From Phycisphaerales bacterium (GTDB taxonomy: Bacteria > Bacteroidota > Bacteroidia > Chitinophagales > Chitinophagaceae), in NCBI GenBank assembly GCA_030054025.1, contig JASGCQ010000003.1, positions 182 to 64,181 of the forward strand: a stretch of 64,000 bases of DNA, given 5' to 3'. Shown here in pieces: positions 20,397 through 31,465 of the stretch. Positions within the stretch are counted from its first letter, which is position 1; every line of letters starts with the position of its first letter. The notes below the pieces were generated by a model. The model was not told the DNA's origin. It worked only from the letters and a program-made list of their open reading frames with translations, and did not search any database. Both the position numbers and the translations under genes were made by a program.

Positions 20397-21113
20397 TTAT
20401 TGTTGGGCAATTAATTCAAGGGCCTTACGGGCTGCCACTTGACCGGCATCTTTCTTATTGAACGCTGTACCTTCGCAGAGTAACGATTCGTTGAGCACGA
20501 TACCCACGGTAAACATTCTGTGTGAACCATCTCGCTTACCTTCCATCACTTCAAAGCTAAGGTTGTGACGATTGGTTTGTGCCCAATTCAGCAATTGATT
20601 TTTATAATTGGTGTCGGTGCTCGCCATCAATGCTACATCTATATAGGCATGCAAGAATTGTTTGATTACAAATGTTCTCGTTTTGGTGTAGCCTTGGTCT
20701 AGATATACTGCACCAACGAGGGCTTCGAGTGCATTGCCAAAAATATGACTCCGCTCAAATCCTCTATCACGAGTATTGTATTGCACTAACTTTTGTAGCC
20801 CCATCCGATTAGCCACATTATTGAGGGTTTCGCGGCGTACAATACGCGAACGCATTTCAGTGAGGTAGCCTTCATCCTGTGTAGGATACTTTTTAAACAG
20901 ATACTCGCCTACTATAGCCCCTAGAAAGGCATCACCAAGAAACTCTAAACGTTCATTATTACGCGCAAGATCATCATGCTTGCTACGGTGTGCCAATGCC
21001 AATCGGTAGTAGGGTAAATGCTTAGGCTTGAACCCCAACAAATGTTCCAATTGTGCAGACAATTGTTTGTCGGGAGAAAAAAGATTTTTTATGCGGGCAA
21101 GTAAGCGACGCAC
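20397..21113 (-). CDS. rnc: Ribonuclease III
   Basis: NERLEFLGDAFLG signature, GNALEALVGAVYLD, C-terminal dsRBD. Confidence 0.96.
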   Translation of the reverse strand: MRRLLARIKNLFSPDKQLSAQLEHLLGFKPKHLPYYRLALAHRSKHDDLARNNERLEFLGDAFLGAIVGEYLFKKYPTQDEGYLTEMRSRIVRRETLNNVANRMGLQKLVQYNTRDRGFERSHIFGNALEALVGAVYLDQGYTKTRTFVIKQFLHAYIDVALMASTDTNYKNQLLNWAQTNRHNLSFEVMEGKRDGSHRMFTVGIVLNESLLCEGTAFNKKDAGQVAARKALELIAQQ

Positions 21114-21118
21114 GGACT

Positions 21119-22384
21119 TTAATCTTGAAATTTTTTAAAGACAACAGAAGCATTGTGTCCGCCAAAACCAAATGTATTGGATATGGCAGCACGCACCACT
21201 CTTTTCTGTGCTTTATTGGCTGTTAGATTTAATTTAGAGTCAATAGCAGGATCCAAATCAAAAACATTGATGGTTGGTGGAATAGTATCTGTCATAACAG
21301 CCATAATCGTAGCTACAGACTCTATAGCACCTGCGGCTCCCAATAAATGACCTGTCATTGATTTTGTTGAACTGATGTTCAAGGTATAGGCATGTTCGCC
21401 AAATACTTTTTGAATAGCCCCAATCTCGGCAACATCTCCTAAAGGAGTAGATGTGCCATGCACATTGATGTAATCAATGTCTTCGGGCTTCATGTCAGCA
21501 TCTTCAAGAACATTGCGCATTACATTAATAACACCTAATCCTTCTGGCTGTGGAGCTGTAAGGTGATACGCATCTGCGCTCATCCCTCCACCCGCAACTT
21601 CTACAAGGATATGCGCTCCTCGTTTTTTAGCGTGCTCATACTCTTCGAGTATAATCGCTCCTGCTCCTTCGCCTAAAACAAATCCATCGCGATTAACATC
21701 AAAAGGGCGACTTGCCGATTTAGGATCATCGTTACGTTCACTCAATGCTTTCATGGCGTTAAAACCGCCAATACCCGCCTCTGTAACCACAGCCTCCGAA
21801 CCACCACAAATGATGGCATCTGCTTTACCGATACGAATGTAGTTGAAGGCATCAATCAATGCATTGGTAGAAGAGGCGCAAGCACTTACCGTAGAAAAGT
21901 TGGGACCTCGAAAACCGTACTTCATAGATATTTGCCCTGCGGCAATATCTAAAATAAGCTTAGGAATAAAGAATGGATTGAAACGGGGTGTACCGTCACC
22001 ACTGTTGAAATTTTTCATTTCTTCGATGAATGTAATCATTCCGCCAATACCAGAACCCCAAATAACACCGACACGATCTTTATCAATAGCTTCCGACTCT
22101 AAACCTGCATGTTTAACAGCTTCATCAGCAGCGACAAGAGCGAATTGAGTAAAGCGGTCAATTTTGCGTGCTTCCTTTCGGTCAAAATAGTTTTCAGGGT
22201 TAAAATCCTTCAACTCACAAGCAAAGCGTGTTTTGAACTTTGTTGCATCAAATTGTTTAATGAAATCGGCACCCGAAACACCATTGATCAGGTTGTCCCA
22301 ATAAATAGGTGCAGTATTGCCCAATGGGGTCAGGGCACCGACACCGGTAACGACTACTCGTCTAAACGGAAATTTCATCAACAA
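21119..22384 (-). CDS. fabF: Beta-ketoacyl-ACP synthase II
   Basis: RRVVVTG.G, VSACASS (catalytic Cys), DAYH, INVHGTST.LGD, SSTKSMTGHLLGAAG, SNTFGFGGHN. Confidence 0.97.
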   Translation of the reverse strand: MLMKFPFRRVVVTGVGALTPLGNTAPIYWDNLINGVSGADFIKQFDATKFKTRFACELKDFNPENYFDRKEARKIDRFTQFALVAADEAVKHAGLESEAIDKDRVGVIWGSGIGGMITFIEEMKNFNSGDGTPRFNPFFIPKLILDIAAGQISMKYGFRGPNFSTVSACASSTNALIDAFNYIRIGKADAIICGGSEAVVTEAGIGGFNAMKALSERNDDPKSASRPFDVNRDGFVLGEGAGAIILEEYEHAKKRGAHILVEVAGGGMSADAYHLTAPQPEGLGVINVMRNVLEDADMKPEDIDYINVHGTSTPLGDVAEIGAIQKVFGEHAYTLNISSTKSMTGHLLGAAGAIESVATIMAVMTDTIPPTINVFDLDPAIDSKLNLTANKAQKRVVRAAISNTFGFGGHNASVVFKKFQD

Positions 22385-22403
22385 ATAAAAGGGGGGGGTT
22401 AAA

Positions 22404-22640
22404 TTACTTTACGTGTTCTTCTAAATAGGAAACCGCTTGGCCAACAGTAGTGATGGTTTCAGCTTGTTCGTCAGGTATAGAGATATTGAATTCTTTTTCA
22501 AATTCCATAATCAACTCTACAGTATCTAAAGAGTCAGCACCCAAATCGTTGGTGAAGCTGGCTTCAGTATTTACTTCAGATTCGTCAACGCCTAATTTGT
22601 CAACGATGATTTTCTTTACGCGATTTGCAATTTCAGACAT
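22404..22640 (-). CDS. acpP: Acyl carrier protein
   Basis: [20 protein letters not shown]. Confidence 0.98.
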   Translation of the reverse strand: MSEIANRVKKIIVDKLGVDESEVNTEASFTNDLGADSLDTVELIMEFEKEFNISIPDEQAETITTVGQAVSYLEEHVK

Positions 22641-22783
22641 AGCTTGTGCATTTAAAATTTATGAGTGCAAAAATATACTTTTTAAGAGATTAGGAAAGGT
22701 TTTTTCAATCTTTATTTGAGAAAGAGTAAAAAAAAAATAAATTTTGGGATTTTCAAAATTTGATTGTGTATAAAAAAAATAAG

Positions 22784-23434
22784 CTACAAGATACGCCCAT
22801 CAAGCATTTCAAGATTTCTGTCGGCGAGTGCAGCCAATTCTTTATTGTGAGTAACTAGTATAAAAGTTTGTGCCAAATCTTTTCTTAAATCAACGAATAA
22901 GCGATGAATTGCATCTGCATTGGCACTATCAAGGTTGCCTGTAGGCTCATCTGCCATCACAACAGAGGGTTTATTGATCAATGCCCTTGCTATAGCTACA
23001 CGCTGCTGTTCCCCCCCAGACATTTCACTTGGCTTATTATTCTCTCGTAGGGCAAGACCTACCAAATCCAACATTTTTTTGGCTTCGTTTAACGCTTCTT
23101 TCTTTCCCTGACCAGCTATCCACAGTGGCATTGCCACATTTTCTATTGCCGTAAATTCGGGCAAAAGGTGATGAAATTGAAATACAAAGCCTATTTTTTC
23201 ATTTCTGAATTTCGCTTGCTTTTTAGAAGACAATGCAAATAAATTCACTCCGTCAATTTCCACCGTACCCGAATCTGGAATATCCAAAGCTCCCATCAGG
23301 TGCAGCAGGGTGCTTTTGCCTGCGCCCGATGCGCCAGTGATAGCCACTAGCTCTCCTTTTGCAATCTTGAGCGACACATCATTAACCACAGTAAGGTCTG
23401 CGTATTTTTTTATCAGATGATTAACTTCAACCAT
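22784..23434 (-). CDS. lolD: ABC transporter ATP-binding protein, LolD-like
   Basis: [50 protein letters not shown]. Confidence 0.85.
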   Translation of the reverse strand: MVEVNHLIKKYADLTVVNDVSLKIAKGELVAITGASGAGKSTLLHLMGALDIPDSGTVEIDGVNLFALSSKKQAKFRNEKIGFVFQFHHLLPEFTAIENVAMPLWIAGQGKKEALNEAKKMLDLVGLALRENNKPSEMSGGEQQRVAIARALINKPSVVMADEPTGNLDSANADAIHRLFVDLRKDLAQTFILVTHNKELAALADRNLEMLDGRIL

Positions 23435-23574
23435 GGTGTAAAAGTGGAGAATTTTGAACGAAAAACAAATAGAATATTTTGTTTTCTTCTTATGTGGGCA
23501 AAGAAAAAGCGAAGTGGGTAAAGAATTACGCTCCTCGCTTTTTTCAACTTTTATACAAAAACAAAATTATGTAC

Positions 23575-25539
23575 TTATGGTGTACTTGTGGGGCTGTAGG
23601 TTGCTCTATTATTCACTCTATTAAATTGGTAGCCAATTGTGATTTGAATGGATGGTAATTTGTAAAAGTCTTTAGATAATCGTTGGGCACCACTACCTGT
23701 GGCATTATCCCAAAACGAATTGACGATTCTCAAATCGGCTTGCCATACAGGGGTTATTTTATAACCCAAACCTAATACATAGCCAATTCCGAAACGTGTA
23801 CCAAAATCATTAATATCTAATTGAGGCGAAGAGGCTCTTAAAATGGGCTTGGCGACATTGGTAACAAGCACATAAGGATTAACTTTATCGTATTGCTTAT
23901 TCACATCCTCAACGTTTACTTTCAGATAGTACGCCAAGTTAATTCCCGCCAAAATACAAAATTTATTGATGGTGTATTTTAATGAAATAGGCATTTCAAA
24001 ACTATGCAGTGTAGAGAAGTTGAAATACCTGTTTGTAGAATCGGTAAGAATAGTGAAATAATAATTGAAACCTATAATGCTATCGGGCTTGCCAGAATAG
24101 ACTTCGCTGGCATAATTATCATTTACCGTTTTCTTACCTCCACTGCGGTTAAAATAGTTGATGGCGCCAAACAAACTCCAACGCTTGTTGAATACAAGCT
24201 CTCCGGTTGGACCGAAATGAACGCCTTGAAATGTGCTACTATTGTTGAACGTGTAATTAAGCCCTGCATTGAATCCGAAATAAAATTGTGCATTTCCCAA
24301 GTCTCTTTTGGCATCAGCAATAGCTTCTGGGAAATTCATTTTTTGCAGAAAATTGAGGCTTGATTTTTTTTCTTTCTTTTTACTTTCCGCAGCAGTTGTT
24401 GTGTTGTTATCCTTAGTCTTGCTGTTTGTAGCAACACTTGGCTTCTTTTGAACTTGGTTTTGGCTGGCATTCAATTTGATATCCTTAGTAGTGGTTTTAT
24501 CTTTTTTATTCGACTCGGCAGCAGTTACTTTCTTGTCTGTTGTTGCGGCAGTTTTTTTATCAGAAGCCACTGCAATTTTTTCTATTGCGATGGTGTCAAT
24601 CAAACTTATAGTCTTGCGAGGGTAAGTTTTGCTTCTCACTTCTTTACTAACTACAGAAATAGAGGCTATACTATCATTGGTTTCCGATTCTTCTTTTGTA
24701 TTCGCAGTTTTGTCTCCATTATTTAGGGTAGGTGTAGCTTTTTTGCTCACTGTTCCTGCAACATTCGCCGCTTGATGCAGATTCTTTTCTTTACGATTTG
24801 CCCGAGTCGGTTTTTGAGTGGTTTCAGCATTGCTATTGCTCGACTTATCACCAATTTTAGTTTGGGCTAGACTTGGATGCTGCTCATTATCAGGCATTAC
24901 ATCGCGTTGAGTGCCTTTTCTTTTTGAAGTTTTCGATGTGGCAGCTTTTGACTGTGCAGCCTCAAAATCACTAGAATTGACCAGGCTCAGTCTATTGCCA
25001 GAATGATTAGCCGCAACAGAAACATTATTTACAGCAAGCAATTGGTTATCAGAGCTATCCTTTATATGTTTTGCCTCTTTAGCAGCTCCACTGTTGTGCG
25101 TTTTTGCTGCCGAACTTATTTTTTCAGAAACTTTAGTAGTTGATGTGGTAACATTTTTATGTTCCTTAGCAAATTCAGGATTCGAATTTGTTTCATTTTT
25201 TTCTTTCGAAACTGAAATTGTATTGGTATTTGTTACCGTAGTACTACTAGTGGTATTGGTTTTGTTTGCAATGGTTGTTTTGTTTACCGTAATTGCCTCA
25301 TTATTATCAAGCTTACTCGCTAATTTATATCCGCCTACACAAAGAACACCCAACAATAATGCCGCAGCCATAAAAGCTAATGGTTTTCCGAAACGGAAAC
25401 CTATGGGAGCTACCCGTTCGGGCATCTCCTGATCCAATATAGCTTTCATCTTGAGCCAAGCAGAGGAATCATCCTTCTCTGTATGCGCTCCAAGCTTTTC
25501 TCTGATAAAATCATCTATATTAATCCTATCCTTATTCAT
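23575..25539 (-). CDS. Putative anti-sigma factor: N-terminal cytoplasmic domain, TM helix, long K/T/S-rich linker, C-terminal outer-membrane beta-barrel
   Basis: IDDFIREKL...SAW.KM..ILD, one TM helix, low-complexity linker, FGFNAGLNY...GIGY..GLGY..IQITIGYQF strands; directly downstream of an ECF sigma. Confidence 0.7.
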   Translation of the reverse strand: MNKDRINIDDFIREKLGAHTEKDDSSAWLKMKAILDQEMPERVAPIGFRFGKPLAFMAAALLLGVLCVGGYKLASKLDNNEAITVNKTTIANKTNTTSSTTVTNTNTISVSKEKNETNSNPEFAKEHKNVTTSTTKVSEKISSAAKTHNSGAAKEAKHIKDSSDNQLLAVNNVSVAANHSGNRLSLVNSSDFEAAQSKAATSKTSKRKGTQRDVMPDNEQHPSLAQTKIGDKSSNSNAETTQKPTRANRKEKNLHQAANVAGTVSKKATPTLNNGDKTANTKEESETNDSIASISVVSKEVRSKTYPRKTISLIDTIAIEKIAVASDKKTAATTDKKVTAAESNKKDKTTTKDIKLNASQNQVQKKPSVATNSKTKDNNTTTAAESKKKEKKSSLNFLQKMNFPEAIADAKRDLGNAQFYFGFNAGLNYTFNNSSTFQGVHFGPTGELVFNKRWSLFGAINYFNRSGGKKTVNDNYASEVYSGKPDSIIGFNYYFTILTDSTNRYFNFSTLHSFEMPISLKYTINKFCILAGINLAYYLKVNVEDVNKQYDKVNPYVLVTNVAKPILRASSPQLDINDFGTRFGIGYVLGLGYKITPVWQADLRIVNSFWDNATGSGAQRLSKDFYKLPSIQITIGYQFNRVNNRATYSPTSTP

Positions 25540-25553
25540 TGAGGATAATTAGT

Positions 25554-26129
25554 TTATTGTGTGATGTTTAATTGCAAATGTTCGATTTTTTCTTTCAGTA
25601 TCCTACGCCCTTCGCTCAAATGCCATTTTGATGTTCCTTCGCTCATTCCGAGCATTTCTGCTATCTCTTTGTGATGAAAACCCTCTATCACATTTAAGTT
25701 AAACACCGTCCTTGTGGTTTTGGGTAGCTCATTGACCAATTTTATTAACTGGTCGTAATACATCCGTTCGCCATGGTCTCGTTCTATAAATTCTTCTTTT
25801 TCAACAAAAACAATTTTATCATTGTACCGCTCATTAGATTTAATACTATCTAATGCTGTTCTTAACACTATTTTTCTAAGCCAACCTTCAAATGAACCCT
25901 GAAAGTTATACGTATCTATTTTCTGAAAACACTTCAAAAAACCAATATTCACAACATCCTCAGCGAGCGATCGATCGTTTACATAACGTATAGCCAACGA
26001 CATCATTCGCGGATGAAACATCTTGTACAATTTCTCCTGCCCACTTCGCTCATTACGCCCACAAGAAGCTATAATATCTTGGATATCAGTAAAATTAGTA
26101 CTTTCAGTGTATGATAATTCTATAGGCAA
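25554..26129 (-). CDS. ECF sigma-70 factor
   Basis: QEKLYKMF, AEDVVNIGF.K.F, SFEGWLRKI, VFNL..IEGF.HKEIAEMLGMSEGTSKWHL. Confidence 0.93.
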   Translation of the reverse strand: MPIELSYTESTNFTDIQDIIASCGRNERSGQEKLYKMFHPRMMSLAIRYVNDRSLAEDVVNIGFLKCFQKIDTYNFQGSFEGWLRKIVLRTALDSIKSNERYNDKIVFVEKEEFIERDHGERMYYDQLIKLVNELPKTTRTVFNLNVIEGFHHKEIAEMLGMSEGTSKWHLSEGRRILKEKIEHLQLNITQ

Positions 26130-26332
26130 TGGGGTTATTGTTTTGTAAAATCATACTCGAATTAGACTGCTCTAAGCAAGAAAAGGTTGGGTATTAGGTA
26201 CTGAATTCTATTTTTTAACATTTTTTTGACAAATAGAAACTACTTTTTAGCGCGTATAATAATCAAAAGTATCGCTTTTCTTGAAATTATAACAAGAAAG
26301 TACGCACAAAACCCATTTAATCGTAGTGAATA

Positions 26333-28273
26333 CTAAAATGTGCAAGTTAAAGCAAAAGCAAAATTGCGCATGGGCATTGCTCTCGAACTGATAATCTCGT
26401 ATGTCTTATTCCAAAGATTATTGCATTGGAACGAGAACTTAAAATCTGCACTAAGCATACGCTTTGAATACGAGGCATAGAAATTGCCAACATTGTAGGG
26501 GGATAGATATTGAGATTCGTCTATTGTAATGAATCGGTAGCCGATATAGGTATGATTGTAATTGCAAATCAATTTTTTAAATCCGAACCCAATATTCACT
26601 TGACCATTATAACGAGGTGAGTAAGGTATTTGTTTGCCTATACTGCCGTCATTGGGTATATCGCTCTGCTGAGTTGTTGCCAATACGAAAGAGGTATTGA
26701 GTCCAATATTTGCTTTCCAATTGCCTTGTTGCCAAACGAGGGTGTTAAAACTCTCGAGTCCTCTGCTATATACTTGAGCTATATTGTGTGGTGTCCATAT
26801 TGAGCCTCCAAACCACAATATCCAATCTTTTATACTCCGAGCAAACATACTAACATCATGACTGAACAACAAATTTGAATGAATGGGCAATTTGAGCTCA
26901 TACCCCAAATCTCCACTCCATCCTTGTTCTGGTTTCAAATCAATATTACCTCCAGGTTGGTAATACCATTCGTTTAGCGTCGGTGCTCGATAGGTACGCT
27001 GTACATTCAAGCGCAATTTGAGCTTTGAAACCATAGAATATGCCGCATTAAAACCCAAAAGAAAAATCTTTTGTTCGTTAATTTTTTCGACACGGGCATT
27101 GAGTGCCAATTCCAATTTGTTTTGGAACAGCCTATATTGGTAGGCGGCCGCTAAAGCTATTTTATTTTGGTATCGAACGACAATATCATTGGTAGGTTTT
27201 GTCCAAGCAATAGTTATGGGTGTGCATAATAAAAATTCATGTCGGCCACCAAATGATTTCTTGTATCCAAACTCTTGGTAAAGTTGATGAATTTGATTGT
27301 TGCTAACAAGGCTGATTGAAGAATCTTGGTAGCGCATGGCATCATTCATAAATGCTGTTTTGGAATACCAATTAGCTCCTATTGTTGTCTTGTGTACTAC
27401 TGTCAATAAAAAGCGCAATGAGGCATCCTCTTGATTTTTGACAGAAACCCGCTCAAACAAAGCTGGAGGAATTTCACGATAATAATGTTGATACCACGTA
27501 GAAAATTGCAGACTTGTCTTCCGTGAAATTTTATACCCCAAATTGAACATGCCGGATTGACTTTGAAAATGAGCATTACCCATGCTTTGTTTCAATCCAT
27601 TTTGACCGATATACTCAAAATTGTTTTGGGCAGACTGCTGCATCAATTTTAAAGAAATCAATAATTTTCGTGTTGCAAACTGTTCTTGAAAACTCACTTT
27701 TTGTTGTCCGAAACTACCAGCTTCTAGCCCCAATTTTGTTATCCATAGTTGAGTACTATCCGTTGTTTCAAAACGATTGTCCAAAATTAATGCGGCTCCA
27801 ATATTGCCACTACCTAGTAATGCCGCGGAGCCGCCATACACAATGTGAATTTGGTCGAAATGTTGGACACTCAGCATAGATATATCTGTGATGCCAGATG
27901 AGGCATTATTCAAAGGCACTCCATTCCATAATACTTGCGATTGAGCAGATGAAGAACCTCTAAAATTGAGTGTCGCCATGCTGTTAATACCGTAAGCCTT
28001 CACAAAAACAGGTACTTGTTGCGATAATAACTGACTTAAATTTTGGTAGGCATATTGCTTTAGGTATTGGCTGTCAATGGAGAGAATTTTCATTCCTGAG
28101 GCAAAAGAATGCAACTTTTCACCAGCTATTCTATTTTTGTCTGCTTTTTGGGAATGAATGCGCACCTCTTTCAGAGGCTTATCCTGAGCCGATACTGCTT
28201 CAATAACGGTAAAAAAGAGCAATGCCGTAAGGCTTGCTCTTTTTAAAAGTTGATATAAAAATTTCACTGTCAA
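26333..28273 (-). CDS. btuB: TonB-dependent receptor, BtuB-like cobalamin importer
   Basis: Plug RGSSSAQSQVLWNGVPLN; YRAPTLNEWYY..GGN.DLKPE; final aromatic residue; last gene of a cobalamin-riboswitch operon. Confidence 0.8.
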   Translation of the reverse strand: MTVKFLYQLLKRASLTALLFFTVIEAVSAQDKPLKEVRIHSQKADKNRIAGEKLHSFASGMKILSIDSQYLKQYAYQNLSQLLSQQVPVFVKAYGINSMATLNFRGSSSAQSQVLWNGVPLNNASSGITDISMLSVQHFDQIHIVYGGSAALLGSGNIGAALILDNRFETTDSTQLWITKLGLEAGSFGQQKVSFQEQFATRKLLISLKLMQQSAQNNFEYIGQNGLKQSMGNAHFQSQSGMFNLGYKISRKTSLQFSTWYQHYYREIPPALFERVSVKNQEDASLRFLLTVVHKTTIGANWYSKTAFMNDAMRYQDSSISLVSNNQIHQLYQEFGYKKSFGGRHEFLLCTPITIAWTKPTNDIVVRYQNKIALAAAYQYRLFQNKLELALNARVEKINEQKIFLLGFNAAYSMVSKLKLRLNVQRTYRAPTLNEWYYQPGGNIDLKPEQGWSGDLGYELKLPIHSNLLFSHDVSMFARSIKDWILWFGGSIWTPHNIAQVYSRGLESFNTLVWQQGNWKANIGLNTSFVLATTQQSDIPNDGSIGKQIPYSPRYNGQVNIGFGFKKLICNYNHTYIGYRFITIDESQYLSPYNVGNFYASYSKRMLSADFKFSFQCNNLWNKTYEIISSRAMPMRNFAFALTCTF

Positions 28274-29356
28274 TTAATCAAAATAAAATGAACTAACCCC
28301 TATACCCACAGCAAACTGACGCTGCAATTGTGCTTGTGCATTATACACAAGAACTGTACTTTTTTGAACAAAGCCTTTAGGGTCCCCCATGTATATGTTG
28401 CCCCCAACAGGCTCAATAGACAAAGCCCAAAAATATTGATTCGGTTGACATGAAATGAAAGGCGCATTGGGCAAATTAGTTGCCGTAATTGGCATTCGAT
28501 AAATACCATTATTTAAAACCCCTCCCGAATAATTTACTTCAATAAAATAAAGAGAATCCTTACCCGAATTAAAACAAGGTTTTATAGCTTCCACACCTTT
28601 TGCAAAGGGCAGTGTTTGTTCCAGCGTTTTAGATGCTACATCTATTTTGCTCAACGTTGCCAACTTGCTTTTATAGGCATTGCCAGCCATTACCCAAATC
28701 TTACCAACTTTATCTTTTAAAATTTCATGCGGAGCATTGCCTGAAAGAAGAATGCTATCCACTAAAGCATGAGTTGCCGTATTGATTCGATACAATTGAT
28801 TACAAGCCGTATCCCAACAACACACATAGGCATAGCCATCACTTAGCAGCATACCCTCTACATTTTGATAGGGCATTTGAATTTGTGTTTCGATAGCAAA
28901 AGTGAGTGTATTGACAACGTATATTTTATTACTGTACAATGAGCCCACATAGGCACGATGATTACCTATATCAAGCATATAGCGCGGCTTGAGAATATTG
29001 ATGCTTGCCACTTGCAACCAATTCATCGGATTAAGCACTACTATCTTACTCGAATTGTTGATGCACAAGAAATATTGATTGTCAATTTTTGCAAGACTTT
29101 GAAAAATATCTCCTAATACCTGATTATTTGCCAAGTTATAAACATCATTGTAAACGCTGTCTTTTTTAGGGAGATACAGGCTCATTTCTGCATTTCCATT
29201 GCCCAAACTACCTTCGCAAACAATCAGTACACGAGCAGTACTGTCTTTGGGCAAAATGACATTTCCAGTATTTGGCTTATCCTTTTTGCAAGATGCAAAA
29301 AACACCAAACAAAGCCAAGTCAGGCACCTTATATTTTGGAACATTTTCCGATACAT
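28274..29356 (-). CDS. btuG: Beta-propeller surface lipoprotein, BtuG-like (DUF5074/YncE)
   Basis: Lipobox FASC; LIVCEG.LGNGNA.MS.Y, NQVLGD.FQS, INNSSKI..L, PRYM; adjacent to btuB. Confidence 0.8.
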   Translation of the reverse strand: MYRKMFQNIRCLTWLCLVFFASCKKDKPNTGNVILPKDSTARVLIVCEGSLGNGNAEMSLYLPKKDSVYNDVYNLANNQVLGDIFQSLAKIDNQYFLCINNSSKIVVLNPMNWLQVASINILKPRYMLDIGNHRAYVGSLYSNKIYVVNTLTFAIETQIQMPYQNVEGMLLSDGYAYVCCWDTACNQLYRINTATHALVDSILLSGNAPHEILKDKVGKIWVMAGNAYKSKLATLSKIDVASKTLEQTLPFAKGVEAIKPCFNSGKDSLYFIEVNYSGGVLNNGIYRMPITATNLPNAPFISCQPNQYFWALSIEPVGGNIYMGDPKGFVQKSTVLVYNAQAQLQRQFAVGIGVSSFYFD

Positions 29357-30327
29357 TGTGTACTGCTTGTTTGGCTAAGGTGAATAAAATAGAGGCCTTG
29401 AGCCAGAGAACTCATGATGAGTTCATTGCGCTTCAAAGCTTTTTGCCTGAGTACTATTTTGCCCATACAATCACTCAGCATAATCTCGGCATTATCTGCT
29501 ATTGCATCGGGTATCGTAATGTACAGTTTATCATTTGCAGGATTAGGGAATATACTTGCTTCAGACAAATGGACAGCATTTATGACATCGCCTAAAACAT
29601 TAATAGCACCAACTGCATCTAAATCAAAGCCTCCTGTAGGAAATGGCGTAGGATAAGGATCATTAATGATTTGTCCCAAGTGGTCAAAAGATTGATAAGC
29701 GGCAACAGAGCCTACAACATCTATAATTCGGATAGAGGTAATATAATTAAGATTCAAACCTGATACATCCTTTAGATCATCTAAATCAAAAGGAGTGCCA
29801 TATTGCGTAATATATTTTCCTGCAAGATTATTGATGTATCGAGCATTCATATAATCACCGGTACCTTTCACTTGTGTTGTCGTAGTGGTATTAGAGGTGG
29901 CTGGAAAGCGATAATAGTGTTCGCCATCGGAACTAACCTCTACAAATGCCAATTCCAAAAAAGCCTCTTCGATATTATCGGGGTTTTGAAATCCATTTTC
30001 AAAAACCGAAAAATCGGGACCGACACCATTATAAATAGCTTGTACAAATTTTATGGTTGCCACGCCACTATCTCCAAGACTCACCACATTCCCATCCGCA
30101 AATCCCAAGACATCGGTACTATCGCCCAAAACAGGTTTGCCGGAAATTTTATCAGCAATATTCAACCAACCACGCCGAACACTACAATCGTTAGCCCAAG
30201 ATTTGAAAAGGGGGCTTGTTTTATGAATACCTATACTACCCGATATACCTACTTGAGGTGCAAATTGAGCATCTACATCGGGTAAGTATAAAACCCAAAA
30301 GGCAAACGCCATGAGATAAAGCTTCAT
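29329..30327 (-). CDS. T9SS-secreted protein with a putative B12-binding (BtuH-like) cell-surface domain
   Basis: Signal peptide ...DAQ; VSLGDSG.ATI.F...IYNG.GPDFSVFEN.F...ELAFVEVSSDG...NDPYPT.F..GGFDLDAVG; CTD SIFPNPA...GLYFI. B12 role inferred from the operon. Confidence 0.6.
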   Translation of the reverse strand: MKLYLMAFAFWVLYLPDVDAQFAPQVGISGSIGIHKTSPLFKSWANDCSVRRGWLNIADKISGKPVLGDSTDVLGFADGNVVSLGDSGVATIKFVQAIYNGVGPDFSVFENGFQNPDNIEEAFLELAFVEVSSDGEHYYRFPATSNTTTTTQVKGTGDYMNARYINNLAGKYITQYGTPFDLDDLKDVSGLNLNYITSIRIIDVVGSVAAYQSFDHLGQIINDPYPTPFPTGGFDLDAVGAINVLGDVINAVHLSEASIFPNPANDKLYITIPDAIADNAEIMLSDCMGKIVLRQKALKRNELIMSSLAQGLYFIHLSQTSSTQCIGKCSKI

Positions 30328-30331
30328 ATGT

Positions 30332-31312
30332 TTATTGTTTTACAAATCGAGTCGTTGTAATCTGAACAGCATTTCTAAAGGTCATAACATATACTCCGGG
30401 AGCATATTGATCGGTATGAATTTCGAGTTTAGAATTTTTAAATTCAAAAGACTCAATCGCTCTACCAAAAACATCTGTAATCAATACTTGTTGCGCAGTA
30501 GGTATAGAGGATTCTACAAACAAAATATTGGAGGTTGGATTAGGATAGACCTTAATGTCGGCTTGAATGGACTCTACAGGTATCGAAAGACCCGTTTCAT
30601 TGGTCATAAAATTATCCATACAGAAATAAGAAGGTGTATTCATACCGAAGGAACCATTATCAGATGATTGTAATCGGAACATCACACTATCTACTTTGCC
30701 TAATTTTGCTAAGTTGACCCATTGCCAATCTCTAACAATATAGTTTTGGGTGGTGTCCGTATTGCGAAAATCGGCAAGGTAAAAACTAACAGAATCTTTA
30801 GTAAGTGTACCTGCATAATAACCAAACACATCCAACCTGAAAAAATCCTTGTCTTTTGCCTTGAATTTTTTGGCAAAAGCATCACCATCTCTCATACTAT
30901 TATAAGCAAAAGTACTGTTGGTAACATAACAACCCAATAATGCTTTACCAAGTATAGGGGCTTTTAAGCGAACTACATTGTAGTTGCCGTAAGAAACGAC
31001 ATAGTTATTAGAACCAGCAAATCCTTTAGCCGTCTTGGCTGAGTATTGATTTGTATAACCACTTTTTACACTGTCTGTCCAGTTAGAATAGGCAAAGCCA
31101 TAAGACCAGTAATGATACCCATCCGAGGTATCATATACACAAGGGAAATAAGCAAGGCTATCATAAAATCCAACATCTTTTCCTGGCATCGAATGGTTGA
31201 TATAAGCGGTATCTTTCTTAGAAAGTTTTAGTGAATCAAAATTAGATACACCTTGAGCATTAGTTGTAAGTGAGATAACACCTACAGAAAGGGAAAGTAA
31301 AAGTTTGCGCAT
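30332..31312 (-). CDS. DUF4465 (BtuJ-like) domain protein with T9SS CTD (likely start 31312)
   Basis: YWSYGFAYSN, NQYSA..AKG..GSNNY.VSY, YVTNSTFAY.SM..GD.FAKKF, FYLADFR, WQWVNL..LG, SSDNG.FGMNTP.YFCMDN; CTD VYPNPT. Confidence 0.85.
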   Translation of the reverse strand: MRKLLLSLSVGVISLTTNAQGVSNFDSLKLSKKDTAYINHSMPGKDVGFYDSLAYFPCVYDTSDGYHYWSYGFAYSNWTDSVKSGYTNQYSAKTAKGFAGSNNYVVSYGNYNVVRLKAPILGKALLGCYVTNSTFAYNSMRDGDAFAKKFKAKDKDFFRLDVFGYYAGTLTKDSVSFYLADFRNTDTTQNYIVRDWQWVNLAKLGKVDSVMFRLQSSDNGSFGMNTPSYFCMDNFMTNETGLSIPVESIQADIKVYPNPTSNILFVESSIPTAQQVLITDVFGRAIESFEFKNSKLEIHTDQYAPGVYVMTFRNAVQITTTRFVKQ

Positions 31313-31465
31313 TGCGTTTGTTTTTAAATTTTTAATATCCATAAGCAAACTGCGAGCAAGATGAGAAAATACAGAGGAAGAAGAATAGACAGCTATCCGT
31401 GCACAGAAAGCGATTATTCATCACCTGAGCTTTTTATCCCGAAAGCAGCGATTCAATAATGAGCT

